Source: Vicugna vicugna
Lineage: Eukaryota
NCBI GenBank assembly: GCA_013265495.1
Contig: MU058139.1
Coordinates: forward strand, 186,001 to 250,000
Length of the DNA: 64,000 nt
Direction: 5' to 3'
Shown here: one piece after another, positions 24,760 through 39,624 of the stretch
Layout: every line of letters begins with the position of its first letter
Numbering within the stretch: position 1 is the stretch's first letter
Notes under the pieces: generated by a model
What the model was told of the DNA's origin: nothing
What the model saw: the letters and a program-made list of their open reading frames with translations, nothing else
Database searches by the model: none
Position numbers and translations under genes: made by a program

Positions 24760-25830
24760 AGTAGTTAAGTCTGATATATGGATATACCCATGAAGGCGTC
24801 ACCAAAATCAAGCTAATGCACATGTGCATTACCCCCAAGCCTTCTTCCTGCCTGTTACAATTCCACACTTATCCTCGTCTGGGAAGCCACTCAGCTGCTT
24901 TCTATCACTGTAAATTAGTTCACGTGTTCTGAGATTGCATAAAAGTGGAATCATTCTGTATGTACTCATTTTTCATCTGGCTTTTCTCAGCATATTTTGT
25001 TGAGCTCCTTGGATCTGAGGGTTTATAGTTTTAAGAAATTTGAAACAGTTTTGGTTGTCAGTTCTTGAAATGCTTTTTCTGTTTCCCCTCCACTTGGGAC
25101 TCAGATTACATGTATCTTAGGCCATTGGCTGTTGTCCCACAACTCATCAATACTTTGTTCATTTGATTTTTGAGTCCTTGTTTTCTGTGCATTTCATTTT
25201 GGAAAGTTTCTGTTACTCTGTATTCAAGTGCAATCATCTTTTCTTTTACAGTGTGCATTCTGCCGTTAATCCTACCAAATGCATTTTTTACCTTAGACAT
25301 TGTAGTTTTCATTTCTAGAAATTCAATTTGGATGATGTTTTATATCTTCCATGTCTTTACACGTTTTTTTGTTTTTTTTTTTTCTTCTAGCTTCTTAAAT
25401 TGGTGAGGTACAGTTAAAACTATTTTGGTGTCTTTGTCTGCTAATTCAGTCTTTGTGTCATTTCTTGCTATGCTTTGAATGATTAATGTTTCTTCTCATT
25501 ATAGGTTATACTTTGTCCTTCTTTTCATGCTTAGTAGGATGCCAGACATTTTCAATTTTGGGTTTGTGCACTGGACATTGTATTGCTATAAGTATTCTTA
25601 AGCTTTTTTTTGGAATGCAGTTGAGTTACTTGGAAACAGTTTGATCATTTACAGTTCTGCTTTGAAACTCACTTGTCTGCTGTCTCTGAAGAGTCATTGT
25701 CCTTCCCTGCTTCATATCCAATGTCTTGAGAGCCATTGTTTTATATATTCTGTCCAGATTTTCAGCTGTTTCTTATACAAGATTATGTAAGTCCAGTCCC
25801 TGTTATTACCTCTTTGCTGGAAATAGAAAT
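24760..25830 (-). mobile_element. Old L1 fragments (3' UTR and ORF1-like)
   Basis: Minus-strand ORF 25106-25312 (KNAFGRINGRMHTVKEKM..LE) resembles the L1 ORF1 coiled coil. Confidence 0.65.
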
Positions 25831-26564
25831 CTCCTTATTTCTTTTTTTATTTCTTCTTTTTGCATTTCAATTTCTTTTCCCTCATCCATTTTCTAAAGAA
25901 TTTTTACTTTACCCATTATTTCCTTAAACTTATTTTTTCTCCTAGTTGTTTCTTCTTCTTTACTTTTTGCTTTCTTGTCCTAATCTTTCAGTTTTCAGAT
26001 TTCTTTCTTTTTCTTTTTCTTTTTTTTATCGTACTTGACTCATAATCACTGAAAATATATAATCTTTGCTGAGTGACGTAGACTACAATGATCTTGTCCA
26101 AATTTGGCAGAGCTGGGCATGTAGAGAGACATTTAAAATATTAATTAATTCATCTCCCTTTGTTTTAATCAAAATATTAAATTATTTTAAAGACTTAAAT
26201 TATATTATACACCAAATTTTTTTCTTCCTCAGAAATTAACTCATCCATTTCCCATATTTAATTCTCCCTCTTATTTTGGTTTCTTTCTTTCTTTTTTTTT
26301 TTTTTTGCCTATCATTCCACTAGGTTGCTTTTATCACATGCCCTTTGAATTGAGATTTCTATTTCTTAGTCATTCTTACAAATGTGTCTCTAGATGAAAT
26401 CTCATGACATAATGTCTTTTATTACAGTTAAACTTTTAGCCTAACTAGAGTAGTTATTCTGAGTAAAATCACTTTCTTCAGCAAAACCTTGACATGGTTT
26501 AATAATCAGACTCTACCTCTGCATAGGACCGTGATTTAAAGGCGATAGATTCCACCTATACAAG

Positions 26565-26730
26565 GCTTAATATTCCAGGCACTGTTCTAGTGTATATACA
26601 GTGTATTAACTCATAAAATTCTCAAAGCAACTCTATGAAGTTGGTAGTCATCACCCCCATTTTACAGATGGGAAAACTGAGGCATAGAGGTTGAGTGATC
26701 CACTCAAAGTCATAAAACCTCTAAGGGAGT
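26565..26730 (-). mobile_element. MIR SINE
   Basis: ccaggcactgttctag...cccattttacagatgggaaaactgaggcatagaggtt. Confidence 0.75.
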
Positions 26731-27100
26731 GAGCTGACTCTATGAGTTTATAATACATGGTTTCCCTTTATTGTGTAAGTGTGTTCATTACATTTCTGTT
26801 AATATGTTCATTAATATGCTATATGGTCACCTGCTATAGCTTGTCATTTCTAATTTCATTAAGCTTCTTTTATAGGACAAATCACATAGTTAGGCACACA
26901 CCCACAAAACTATTTAAAGGAGGTAATCATCAATTGGCTGATCTTTAGGAACTTTGTAAATATTTTGTGCTTGAAATATATTTGATTTTTAAGGTTAATA
27001 GGGGATATTATTATTATTGTTTTTACACGTGCTAATTTTTGGTCCATCATTTCAGTGTGCTAAAAGTTTTCAACCTGTGTTCTTTCTTTGTTTTAAATAG

Positions 27101-27231
27101 GTATTGTGGAAAATCCATCCCACCCTCTCTTACCAGTGGTACCAACTCATTGAGGCTTCTATTTGTGGCTGACTCTGACCTTGCTTATGAAGGCTTTTTA
27201 ATAGACTATGAAGCAATTGATACATCGTCAG
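27101..27231 (+). CDS. CUBN: CUBN exon (human exon 22 equivalent), CUB5 second part
   Basis: tttaaatag|G TAT TGT GGA...TCG TCA G|gtaaca; 131 nt; YCGKSIPPSLTSGTNSLRLLFVADSDLAYEGFLIDYEAIDTSS. Confidence 0.96.
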
Positions 27232-30200
27232 GTAACAGAACAGCATTATATGCTTGGTTTCGTTTGCTCCATTACAAAATAAGCTATGAGAACACTTCAT
27301 GGCGAAATCTGTGGGAACGTAATGAATGTAATGGACATAATGCATTTGGAATGAAATGCAATGACTTCAGTGCCTGCATATCAAATATAGAGTAATGCCT
27401 AGATAAGAGTATTTTATCAGTGGCAAATTTTCTAATCTTGGTAATTGCACTGTGGTTTTGTAAGAGACTATGCTCTTAGGAGCAAGAAGGCAATGGGAGC
27501 CAAACATAAACATGTAGTAAATCTGGGTAAAAGGAATTGGGGAGCTTTTTCTTGCAACTTTTCTGTGAGATTCAAATTCTATCCAAATTGAAAGTTACTG
27601 AAGAGACTGAACACTTATTTTATGAAATTGGAAAAAGGACAACAACAGATGAGAATAAGAAACTACTACGTGCAATTCTACGGCAGAAAATGAAAGCTTT
27701 CTTACCAAAATATACATTTCTAAATTTGACCTAATGAAACCGATCCTTTTCAGCATGTATCCCTTTTATTGTATTTTTCCCATTGCTTAATTCTCATCAT
27801 GATGTTGCTCTCTGCAAATGCAGTGTGGGAAACAGACACCCTTTGGCAGCAGGGTCTTGAAGGTCAGACTTTAACCAGAGATGCCCCCCAGCCCCAAAGC
27901 CTGTGGGGTTTACGAGAGTGTCATGTTTCCTTAGACTCACGTTCCTCCCTGGGATGTATACCTTTTTAAAGAGTCTGGGTTTTCCTTTCGCATTACTATT
28001 TAGAAAAATATTTCATGAACCAAAATACTACCCATTGTAAGCATACGGGGGTGATCGGGCTTCTCAAGCGTTTCACACCTTTGGATTGTTCCAGAAGCAT
28101 GCAATTCTCAGACGCTCCCTTCAGGACAGCCTGACAGCCTTCCCCTGTGCCAGAGTTGCGCCCTCTGACACAGTCTTGCATCCAGAAATCCCCAGGTACT
28201 CATTTTTTAAAGCCCCCACTCCATTAAAAAAAAAAAAAGAAGAAGGTAAATTAATCTTCCACTTGGAGTCCCTACCAATTTCCTGTTTATTTCTTCTCAG
28301 AGTGGCTGGCCTCTGTTCTTCATTTCAGGCTGTTCTCTGTGATAGCTCGAGTTCTGTGTTTTGGAAACATGCCTTTAGTTTTCTCCAGAACCCTGAGTGT
28401 GAAAAAAAATCATACGTCTTTCTCTCTGGTGGGCCCCACTCTCAGAGACAGTCCATTATTCAGCTCCAGCACCTGGAAAATTAAATCTCCAGCAAATATA
28501 ATAACTTATGTTATGCGATTGACATAGTCACTGGACTTCATTCAGATTTTTAACATCCAGTAACCAGAACTGCCTTCTCAAGAAATTATAGTATGCGCAC
28601 ATTTTTTCATACTCCTGTGGTTTCATCTGCCTCGTATGTTTGGCCCAAGTCACAACTGAATATTAGAGGAGGATTTGGAGCACGTCAGTTGAACTCTCTG
28701 GGCCATAGTTTCTTCATCTGTAAAATTAAAGGATTGGATTTGATGATCTTTGAGATGTCTTTTGGCTCTAATCAACTATGAATACCAGTTTAATTTGCTG
28801 CATGAATAAACTAGCTGTAACTTAGATAACATATGATGTGGGTGGGGCCTCCTAAAATATTGTGGAAATCTTTGTAACAAATGCAATAATATTTCTGCAA
28901 TGACTAATGCAGCTCTGCTGATAGCACACTAGCTTGTCAGGCAATATATCTAGTGCAGTAAGACCCGAGTGCAATAGGAGTGCTCTAGTGGGGGGGTGTT
29001 AAATTTTAATTCAGAAAGAAAAGATACAGGGAAAATAGAAGTAGGTTGTGAAAAAAGGAAAAAATCAAGCTGGACGGAAACTGACCACCAAAGAGAACAC
29101 AGGACAAGACAGGAGATAGAAGAGAAGAGGATTCTGAGGCGGCAAACGCTAAAGATGCTCCAATCTGCCTCCCTGGGAGGTAATCACTACTGTGGCTCTG
29201 TTTGGTCCAGACAGGGGCTGAAATCACAGACCAGGGAGTGTTTGCTTTCCGTCCCAGGGCTGAGCCTGGCTGGTCGCCATGTGCCTCCCTTTTGCTGGAT
29301 GATGTCATCGGTCTGACCTCCGCTGTCAAATATTCTAAATAGCAATCGGACGGCTGGACCCAGGAAGCCTTATGGCACCCTCAACTTAGCATTTTGGAGC
29401 CTGTCTCGGTTTCCTGTAGATGAGGACGTGGGTGATTGGCTCTCATGAATGGTTGAGGGCACCCCTGCGGGACTGCACAGGGAGGGACCGGACTCAGGAG
29501 ACTGATGCAGGGCTTGGGCAGATGACAGCCAGGCAGTGGGCTAGCCCTGCAGTCTGAGTGAGCTGCCCACCCAGAAACAGGGAGGTGTTGGGTGCTTCTT
29601 TTCCAGTTGTCATCTTATTTTTGATATTTTCTGCAGAACAAAACATATCATGGAAGAGGGTCAAGGGAAGCTCAATTACTGGCCTTCACCCTATTGGATT
29701 GCTCTAGCAAAAGTTATTTTTAGAGCAATCATGACAGTACTTGGTTGTTGATTTTTAGTCCCTCGGCACAACAGGTGTGAGTTTCTCTGCTGAAGTCTTT
29801 CCCGTCTTCATCTGATAAAGGTTAGGTTTTCTGACTTGCATCCAGTTACTTTTCCATCTGTAGTTCATACTGTGGGGATATGATGTCAGCCCCTAAATAT
29901 GTGTTTGGGAGGAAACAGATCGGCTCCTGGTCATTACTTTGACTCCCTCCCTCATCTCTGTTTCTGACTTCATCCAGATGTGCCTGGGGAAGTGGAAACA
30001 AAGAACTAACAAGAAAATGTTCCTGGGTAGAAACTCTTCAGAATTTCTTAGTAACTTATTATGAAACTAGCTTTTAAGTGTTTGCTAATTTAGAGTACAA
30101 AATATTTGAATTCTGAGAGAATATAATTGATTAGTTAGCTTTAGTAATTTAAACTGCAATTTCATTTTCTGTTAACATCTGCTGCATCTACATGAATATA

Positions 30201-31088
30201 ATCCTGCCAAGAGGGGACTTTAAAGGGATAAGAAAAAAATAGAGAAATGTACTTTACTCATTTTTCTACTTTAATATTAGATGAAAACTTGTGTAACACC
30301 AAGTCCAGTGTTTTCCAGACATTGAGACAGTCGTGACTCCTTAGTGGGTCATGAAATTATCTTATTAGATTGCTACGTACATTTTTTAAAAGTAGGGAAT
30401 AGAACAAAAAAGAATAGGCTGGAAAATATCAGAACTTATCATGCAAAGTTTGGCGTCACTTCATGAAACCTGTTTGAATTTTCTGTGCGTGTGCCTGATT
30501 GATGTAAGCGTATGTTTATGGTGTGTCAGAAAGTTCAGAACACGAATCTAGCCCAATTACCTTATTTTTCAAACGAGGGAAGTTGAAGTCCAGGATTGAA
30601 TTTATCCTCCCAAGAATACACAGCCAGTTGGTTTAGAAGCCAAATCCAAACAATCCAGTCCAAACATCAAGTCCATTTGTTTTACCATTTCTGGACTAGC
30701 TCTCAGAAATGCCCCAGATGAACTGCACATGGTGTGGCTGGTAACATTCCATTTGGAGCTATGCTAGAACCATGGTGGACTGTATATATGTTTTGCTAAG
30801 AAAAGAGCTTTACAGATGTTTGGGGAAGCGGTTAGGGGGCATCAGAACCACATCTATAGTAGATTAAAAAGTGGGTTCTCCCAACCTCCTCATTCCCAGC
30901 TCAGAGCTCCTACCTACCCAACAGTGGGTGTTTAGTACTGTTTTTCATCAATCATCCTGGAATGAGTCCACAAGAGGCATCTAGGAGCGAGAAGTCACGA
31001 AATGATTACTAGAAGGGCAAATGAGTATTTCTTTAGAGGAAATGAATGGAGAGGGGTATCCTTATTGGAAAACTTTAAACCTGTGGAG

Positions 31089-31258
31089 CAGTGTTCCCAA
31101 ACTCTAGTGTTCGTCGGGAACTTGAGTGGGCTTTTCTCATCACAAATTCAGGTATCAGGACCCCACCCAGAAATTCTGATTCAAGTAAGTTGAGGGCAGG
31201 TTTTCACCAAGCAGTTCCAGTGGTTCTAATGAAAGTTTGCTGTTTATCAGAGACTCTG
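31089..31258. mobile_element. MER5A-like hAT DNA transposon
   Basis: cagtgttcccaaact...ggaccccacccagaaattctgattca...ggttctaatg. Confidence 0.55.
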
Positions 31259-33489
31259 AAAGTTAAGCCCTACTTAGCCCCATGCATTGCTATAGAATTA
31301 TAACTGGGGTATAATGGTGGGTTGCACTGTAACTGCTCATGGTGGAAAGTACTTTCTATGATACGGTGAAGGAAAAACTGAAGACCAAGTCAGAAGCCAC
31401 GGTTCTAGTCCCGGCCTTGCTGCTAACTTGAAGTGCTTTGGTCAAGTCACAAGCCTCTCTGATTCTTTCCATCCAGCTTGAATTCTGTATTCCCTACTCT
31501 GAAATATTCAGGTATTTTCCCTCTGGAAGAACTTTTAGTAAGTCTATTGATCTTTTAAAGATTCACATTCTCATTAGTCAGTATGTTTTCATATCTTTGT
31601 ATATATGGATACCGCAGCACTCCCCAGCTCAGGAGATTTCCAATTTAATTTCTCGTATTTCTTAGTCCTTAGAATGAAAATGCTAAGCAGAACGTTTAAT
31701 TGTGATAGTCTTAGTTTTCCACTCACCTTCTTTTCTAAATTGACATTTCATACTGAGAGAAACCGGGGGTTATCAGCACAGGATTTGGAAAGGGAGGGTT
31801 TGGGTGTGACTCTCACCTTTGCCAGGTCTGAACTAAGTGATTTTTCAGAACTTAATCTCCAGGAGACTCAGATGCTTCCTGTGTTCCTCTCTAAAAAGTG
31901 GAGATTATAATGCCTGACTGTTTCACACGGTTGGGGGAAAAAAAACGTGAGACATTTCCTGTGAAAATTAACAAAATAGCTGTAAATCACTACGAATGTG
32001 CCAGATTTAAGATAGAATTACTGATACCCAAATACAGGTTTACAGTAGCTGCTTTACCGATTTCTCTTACACCATATTCGTTAGAATTGATCATCTGCAC
32101 GAGGAAAAAAAAAAGCCATGACTGTGACCGCCGAGCAAAAAATTTCAGGGTAACGTTAGATTTTGGTTAGGGAGGCTTCTTTCCTCACGGAGACATTGAA
32201 TCTGTAATTTTATCTTTCAAGTCTTGACTTTGAAGAATGTTAAACCACATATGCCAGTAGAGGCTGATTATTTATTTAGCACATGTCTAGACAATCTGAG
32301 GCCACAGGGATTTATGCAGACACAAGACGTCTTCATCAGTGACTTCAGGAAGCTCCGCCTATAGGTTGATCACTAATGTAACTGGATACTCACATAAGTT
32401 ACCACACAAGGCAAAGCAGGGAAGTGGTGGGGCAGTTGCCCGTAATCTAGGGTCTCCTGGGGAGATTCATTCTTCTGTCCACAGCATGAGTGTTTCCCGT
32501 TCCTGGCACCCAAATCATATGGGACTGATATCATCATTGCCTTTTGAGTTGCAGGATTATCCGTGTTTCGCATTTTCCCTTTGATAACGAACTGAATGCT
32601 ACATTACTAAACCTTATTTAAAAGTGCTTAGTAGAAGCAGATACACTTTGTGAGTTTTAGAAGAATATAGTTTTGTGATTTTGTAGTGGTCCACAGAAGA
32701 CATTTGTGTATTTTTCTCTTTTCTTCCTTTTTTTTTTTTTTGACTTTGTTCAGAAAGTTATGAGAGGCCTTCTAATAGCTGTCTTGGATCCGTAGAGACG
32801 AGCTTTTCCACTGCTAGTTCAGCTGAACATAGTGGATGGGAGAAATCTACTTTTATTCTTCATCTCTTTGTAAATGTTGTTAGACCACAATCAAAGACAA
32901 ACTGCATTGGATATGAGTTTCCCTTTGGCGGCATAAAATATAGACAAAAGACATTTTTTATGTTTGCATTTTGTGTTGAAGTAAGAAGCATCATGGCAAT
33001 ACATGAATATCCTTTGGTGGGAATATATTCAATTTTAATTATTTGTGGGTTTTTGCAAAGCATAAGAGGAAGCCAGAGCCTAGCATATTCTCAGTATCCT
33101 GCCTGTGAGTATAAGCCTGCTATTTCTCAACAGCAATATTATTCTACGAAGAGCAATTTACACTGTCAGGGGACAAACATGTGAACACTGTACAGATTTC
33201 AGTGTTAGTTTAGAGGAGTTACTAGCCTTTCAAGAAATAGACACATTAAATTCAGAGAACAATTGTTTGTCTCTCTATAAAATTAGATATGTGAATCTCA
33301 TAAAGCTACAATCAAATCTTAATAGTAAATGTTCTATCATTTAATATTTATAGCAGGTATAGCTTCAAAAATATTTTTTATTTCTCTATAATAAAAAATA
33401 AATAATTTTATTTGTTCTGATTTAAATACCTGAATTATTTATTGGATTTCTTTTGGAAAATTCAACGTGTCTTTTGCAGAGAACTTTCA

Positions 33490-36400
33490 CTTCTTTTAAT
33501 ATAACATAGACTTCTATTTTATAATTTCATAAAGTGAAATTCATTTGTAGTTTTAACAAAATGTGTATATGCATGTAAGCACCTCTCTGTTCAACACCCA
33601 GAACACTTTTATCATCTCAGGGGGTATCCTTTGATGGACCCGTCCACATCCTCCATCCCAGCAACTAACTACAGACCTTGTCCTTATCACTGTGCATTAG
33701 TTTTGCTTGTTTAGAAGGCAGACAGGAGTGGGAACACACAAGATGCATCCTTTTATGTCTGACTTTTTTTTATTTAACATGAGCTTCTGAAATTTGTTCA
33801 TGTCATTCTATTTACAAATAGTTCTTTTCTTTTCATTACTGAATAGCCTCCCAGTCTGTGGATATATCTTAATTTGATTATCCATTCACCTGTTTTTGGA
33901 TAGTTGGTTTGTTTCCAGTTTTTAGCTATTATTGGAAAATTTGCTGCTATGAACATTGATGTGTAAGTTTTTTGTGGACTTACGGTATTAGTTCTCTTGG
34001 GTAAATACGTAAAAGTAGAATTTCTGATTTTCTAGTAATGCTGTTTAATATTATGAGAAACTGCCAGCTTTCGTTGTCCCAAAGTGGTTACACCATTTTA
34101 CCTTCCCACCTGCAATGAATGAGAATTCTACTTCCTCCACTTTTTTTTCTGCCAACTCTTGGCATTGTCAGTCTTTTCATTTTAGCCTCCAGTAGTTCCA
34201 TAGTTGTGCCTCATTATTGTTTTAATTTGCAAGACTCTTGTGACTAACAGTGCTGAGTACTTTTTCACATACTTACTGACAATTCATGTATCTTCTTTTG
34301 GGAAGTGTCCAGTGAAATGATTTTGTTCGTTTTTGTGTGTTATTTGTCTTATTATTGTCACATATTATGTGTTCTGGATATAAGTATGTCCTTGGTCAGA
34401 TAAATGTATTGCGAGTATTTTCTCTCATTGTGTGCAGCTGGCTTTTTATTTCTCTCAGCGGTATCAATTTGAGGAGCAGAAGTCTGATATGTCCTAGTTT
34501 TCTTCTACGGTTACTGTGTTTCTTTTTTGGATTTTGTCTGAGAAATCTGTGCTTACTGAAGTTGTGAGGATTTTCTGTGCATTCTTCTACAAGTTTTATA
34601 GTGTGAGATTTTACATCTGTTTATGATCAATTTTGAGTTAATTTTTCATATAATGTGAATTATGCATCCAACTATGTTTGTTTAGCAAATGGTATTTAAT
34701 TGTTCAAGCACTACTTGTTGAAAATAATCATCTTTTTGCACTGAATTACCTTTGCATTGTTATTGAAAATCAGTTGCCCGTGTACCTGCTTCTGGAATGG
34801 CTGTTCTATTCCTTTGATCTGTATCTCTACCCCTATGACAGTAGACTCCACTGCTTAATATTATGTAATTTTATGGAGTATCTTAAAATCAGGAAGTGTA
34901 AATCATCCAGATGTTGCAAAATTATTTTGGCTATGCTAGACTTTTTACACTTCCATATACATTTTAGAATCACCTTTCCAATTTTTACTAAAAAGCAAGA
35001 CAAAACAAAACAAAAAACAAACAAAAATACAAACTTGTTGGGAATTTGATAAAGATTATATTGATTATAGATGAATTTGGGGACAAGTGCATCTTAAGTT
35101 GAACCTTCCAATCCATTAACATATTTTACTTCTCTATTTTATTCAAATATTAGGAAATTTCTTTCAATAATATTTTAAAGTTTTCTGTAGAGTTTTTGTT
35201 TATCTCCATTAAATTTATTATCAAGTGTTTAATGTTTTTATGCAGTTGTAAATGGTATCTAAAATTTTATTTTCCAGTTTGAATAATATTTGTAAATTAA
35301 ATTGATTTTTGTTTAATTATCTTGCATCCTATAACCTTGTTAAACTCAGTTATTAGTTTTAGTAACTTTTTAGCGTATTTCTTAGTTATTTTCCATAGAT
35401 AATCATATCTGTGAATGAGAACAGTTTTCTTTTTTCCTTTTCAGTGTTTTACGATTGACTTAACTCCTTGTAGCAAATTTAATGTTTTTCATAAAAGTTA
35501 GGAAAATTCTAGTGCCACTTTCTTTCTCTCTTTCTTTCCTTTTTTCTTTCTCTCTTATTCTCATTCTCTTCTCTTTCTGGGTCTTTAATTACATGTGTGC
35601 TAGACTATTTGCTATTTCTGTTTTTTTAGGTTTTTGAGCCTCCGTTCATTTTTCTGCAGATATTTTTCTTTGCTCTTCAGGTTAAATAATTTCTATCAGT
35701 ACGTCTTCAAGTTTACTCTCCTTTTTCCTTCTGCTTCCAGTTTTCTATTAGGCCTACCCATGATATGTTTTTAATCTCAGTATACTTTTAAGCTACAGAG
35801 TCTCCATGTAGTTCTCTTTAAGAGCTTCCTTTTTGTTGCTAAGATTCCCTACTTATTTACTCATCGAGACTATATCTTTCTTTAAGTCTTTGAACATATT
35901 TCTCATAGTTGCTTCAAAGCCTTTGTCTGCTAATCCAACATTTGGGTCATCTTGAAGTCCCAAGATTAGTATTTCCCTGACTATGGTCACATTTTTCTTC
36001 ACTACTGACCACATTTTTTTTCCTTGGCTATGATTCATATTTCTCCATTTACTTGTACAGATAGCAATTTTTGAGTTTTACACTAAATATGGTGAATTTT
36101 ACACTAAATATGCTGTAGAGACTCTGGATTTTCTTAGCTCCCTCTGAAGCTTACTGGCCATTCAGTAATGGCTTTGTACTACTTTGTAGTACTGTAGGTT
36201 TGTAGTTTTTATTTGTTAAGGCATATTTGTGAAGATGTATAGGTGTTTCTCCTAAGCCCTTCTAACTTGGTAGGTCTCAGCCTCTAAGTTCGGTCACTCT
36301 TGCAGGTCTTGTCAAGACTTAGACTTCTACTTTGGTAGAGAAGCTCTAGAAAAGGCCTGCTCCTGATCATGGTCTTTGCTCAGAAAGGTATGGCCTTTCT

Positions 36401-36945
36401 GGTATCTCAGCTGGATGCCCGAGGTCTTAATGCGGTACCCCATTCTGGCTAGGAGAGAACTCCCAAATCTGCCATCACTGCTCTGGCCTCCAGTATCTTG
36501 TTTCTGCTTCCAGCCTACTAGGAGCTACTCTCCGGCATGACTTTTGAAGTCTTACCTCACATATGCCCAGTCCAGGCTCTGGCAAGAAATCATAGGGAAA
36601 TTTACACAGATGTCTGGTTCTCCTCTCTGAATACTTCTTCCTCACTGGAGCATTTCCCTGCAGTTCTAGCTCTTTTGGAAGCCTGAACCCCAATTCCTGC
36701 TTCCTCAGCTCAACAGGACTGCCATTCATTACTTTGGCTTCAGCAAACAGCTACGTTTAGAAAATTCTGCCTGGATAAACAGCCAAGGAAATCAAGAGTC
36801 CTGCCTGGTGAATTTTCTTTCTTTACGGATCACAGTCTTGGACTGCCTATTGTCCAGTGCCTCATGTATTTTGTCCAGTGTTACAGTTGTTATGGGGAGG
36901 GGCTTGTCTAGTATAGTTACTTGTCGTGTCTGGATACAGAGATTC
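33490..36945 (-). mobile_element. Old, deleted LINE-1 (3' UTR, ORF2, ORF1 remnants)
   Basis: ttatccattcacctg...gtttccagtttttagctatt; ccaaagtggttacaccattttaccttcccac; minus ORF 34833-35024 KVILKCIWKCKKSSIAKIIL is ORF2-like. Confidence 0.8.
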
Positions 36946-38759
36946 CTATAATTTAAATTCAGTGAAAATTACAAAAGATTAAAGAATCACAACCTACCTA
37001 GGAGAGAGGATAGCAAGGAGAGAGGGAGAAAATGAGGTGAGAAAAGTGGAGGGAGAAAGGATGGGGTAGAGAAAATGGGAGGAAATTAGGTATTTGTCCC
37101 ACCCCCCCTTAGTTTTCAGTACAGTAGGTAGTATAGTTTTAACAAATATTTACTAGATGTGATCTGAGCCAGGCACTGTGGTAACAGTTATTAATGGTTC
37201 ATAAGGTCTTTTTCGTATTTCAAGGGCTAACAGAGGAAATATACTCACATGAAAACATATGTTTGGGGTTCAAGTTGCTATTTGAATAAAGTTTTATTGA
37301 GCACAAGAAAATTCATTCTGCTTGACTGGGAAAGGTCTGACAGAGGGAGTGATATCTGAATTTGACTTGAAATGGTAGGTAGGAGTTTATTCGTTAAAGG
37401 TGTGTTGGCGAGTGTGGGGGGTTGTTAAATATAGCTGTTAGACAAAGAGAAAAATACGAAGACCATTTGAATACCTCAGGGACTGTGTTCACCTTTGTGC
37501 CAGCGGCGGAAGAGAAGTCAGCTGTGGAAATCAAGATTTCAGTAGGGATTCAAGAACAACCCCCAACCGTGCCACAATAATCACTCCCATATGGACAAGG
37601 TGGAGGGAAATTAGTCATCCTTACTTGTCAAAAATTTCATTAAAATTTCCTTTACCTCCGAACCTGATTATTCACCCCATTCTCCTGCAGACTAATTGCA
37701 AATTGTATTCAAAATATTCAGTGCAATTGTAGTTCCCGTCTGGGAGTAACATGGGAAAGCAAGGAACATCATCTCTTTAAGAATAAGTGACATGAACAGA
37801 TTGCTCTAGGTATTTGATTTATTGACAAAAGCTATTGGATTGTGGGGGTGGTCAGTGAGTCTGTAAGTTCGGCCAGGCTCACGGAGACTGGGGCATAGCC
37901 TTCATCGACTGTCCATTTGATCCATACATTTTAATCTTTGTAACACTCATTACTGGGCCTGAAATACTTAAAATACCACCACTTCACACACACCCTGCCT
38001 CTCTCCCACCTTCTCCTGTTTTCTCTCTGCCTTTCCCCTCCCTCCCTCCCTTCCTTCTATTCTTCTTTCTTCCTTGACCTTTGGAGAAATATCTTGGCAG
38101 ACAATAGAAAAGTATAGAAAAGTATACAATTCATCTCTGAAATTAAATATTGCTGTTGATGCCTTCAATAAATTAAGCCTTGATTACTTGCTATTTAAAA
38201 TAGAGTAAACCAAATGTGTGGCACCTGCTTGTTACTCTAAGGACTGTACATACATAGTAGGACCTGTCACTTTTTCTGTGCATCTCTGTGCTCTCAAAAC
38301 CAATGGTTCCTCTTTTCTTTTCTGAGTATGATTATACAGCTGCAACTGAGGGAAATGACACATCTAAACATCCTCATTTTCCTTTTTATTCATCACAAAG
38401 TATAGTTTATTCTCCTCCAAAACCTTTCCGTCAGAGACCCATGTCTACTCCTGGATCCTAGATTTATGTTATTACCGGATACAGTTGAAGATGCATTAAG
38501 AATGCATTGGAACCAGATTTGCTTTAGAAAATATCTGAGGTTTAGAGGGCATAGGAGACTGAGTGGGCAGGTTAGTGAACAGAGTCTGAAGGACTGAATA
38601 GGTCAAGTCAAAGCTGTTAAAGTAGAATAGTTAGTAGTCATTCAGGGCATAAAATTAACCAGGTACTATCTAAATGTTTTATAGGAATGATCTAATTTAT
38701 TCCTCACATGTGTGCTCTGTTTTACTTACACTTTTCTGTTCTATTTTAAAACACAATGT

Positions 38760-38975
38760 TGGTCACTACCATTTACTGAGCACATACCATGTGCCAAGCC
38801 CCTAAATTGCACTTTCTCTGACCCTTATTCAAAGAGAGTTACCATCTCCATTTCAGAGACAAGACTCAGAGAGGTGCAGTAACTTCCCCAAGGTCATCTG
38901 GTTTGTCAGCGTGTGAGCTGGGCATGGATTCCAGGTCACTCTGACCCCCGAGTCTCGCCTCCTGTTCTTTTAACC
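38760..38975 (-). mobile_element. MIR SINE
   Basis: ccatttactgagcacataccatgtgccaag...ctcagagaggtgcagtaacttccccaaggtca. Confidence 0.7.
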
Positions 38976-39420
38976 ATGTGGCTGAGGACTGGCTCCATCA
39001 CTTCTCATAAATGCGTGCTTTGGCAAAAACACATTTTAAAGAAAGGTTACAAAAAAAAGAACAGATATGAATTATTTCTAGGCCTTCCTCTGTGATTTCT
39101 GTAGTTGAGCCACATTTTTAATGTTTATGATCTTTTGCATGGATTAGAAAAATAAGAGCACTTCCAAGAGCCAAAAAATTGTGATCATATGTAACAACTT
39201 CCACGCCATAGCTTAGGTTTACTGTGAGTAATTGTTTTTGCCTTTGGGATTTCAAAACCTTTGTGGCGAGAGGAAATCATTCTTTGAACATCCCAGAAAG
39301 GTCTATCGAAATCAAGTACATTGGCGTAAATTAATAAAGTGTATGTTACTGAATGTCTTGTACATATGGTACAATATTTTTTATTTTCTCTCTTTTGTTC
39401 TGCTTCCCCCCCCCCCACAG

Positions 39421-39580
39421 CATGCTTGCAAGACTATACAGATGAATCTGGGACTTTCACTTCTCCAAACTTCCCCAATAATTACCCCAACAACTTGGAA
39501 TGCATTTACAGGATTACGGTGGAAACCAGCCAACAGATTGCATTACACTTCACACACTTCTCCCTGGAGGAGGCCATTGG
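39421..39580 (+). repeat. Partial duplicate (acceptor plus first 160 nt, no donor) of the CUB6 first exon
   Basis: 39421-39580 is identical to 39625-39784 by eye and has its own pyrimidine tract and ACAG acceptor (39376-39420). Confidence 0.93.
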
Positions 39581-39624
39581 AATTTTTTATTTTCTCTCTT
39601 TTGTTCTGCCTCCCCCCCCCACAG

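Noticed and set aside
36072..36112. 21-bp period micro-duplication, and a similar 21-22 bp repeat at 355-417
   Set aside because: Ordinary slippage in AT-rich intronic or L1 sequence.
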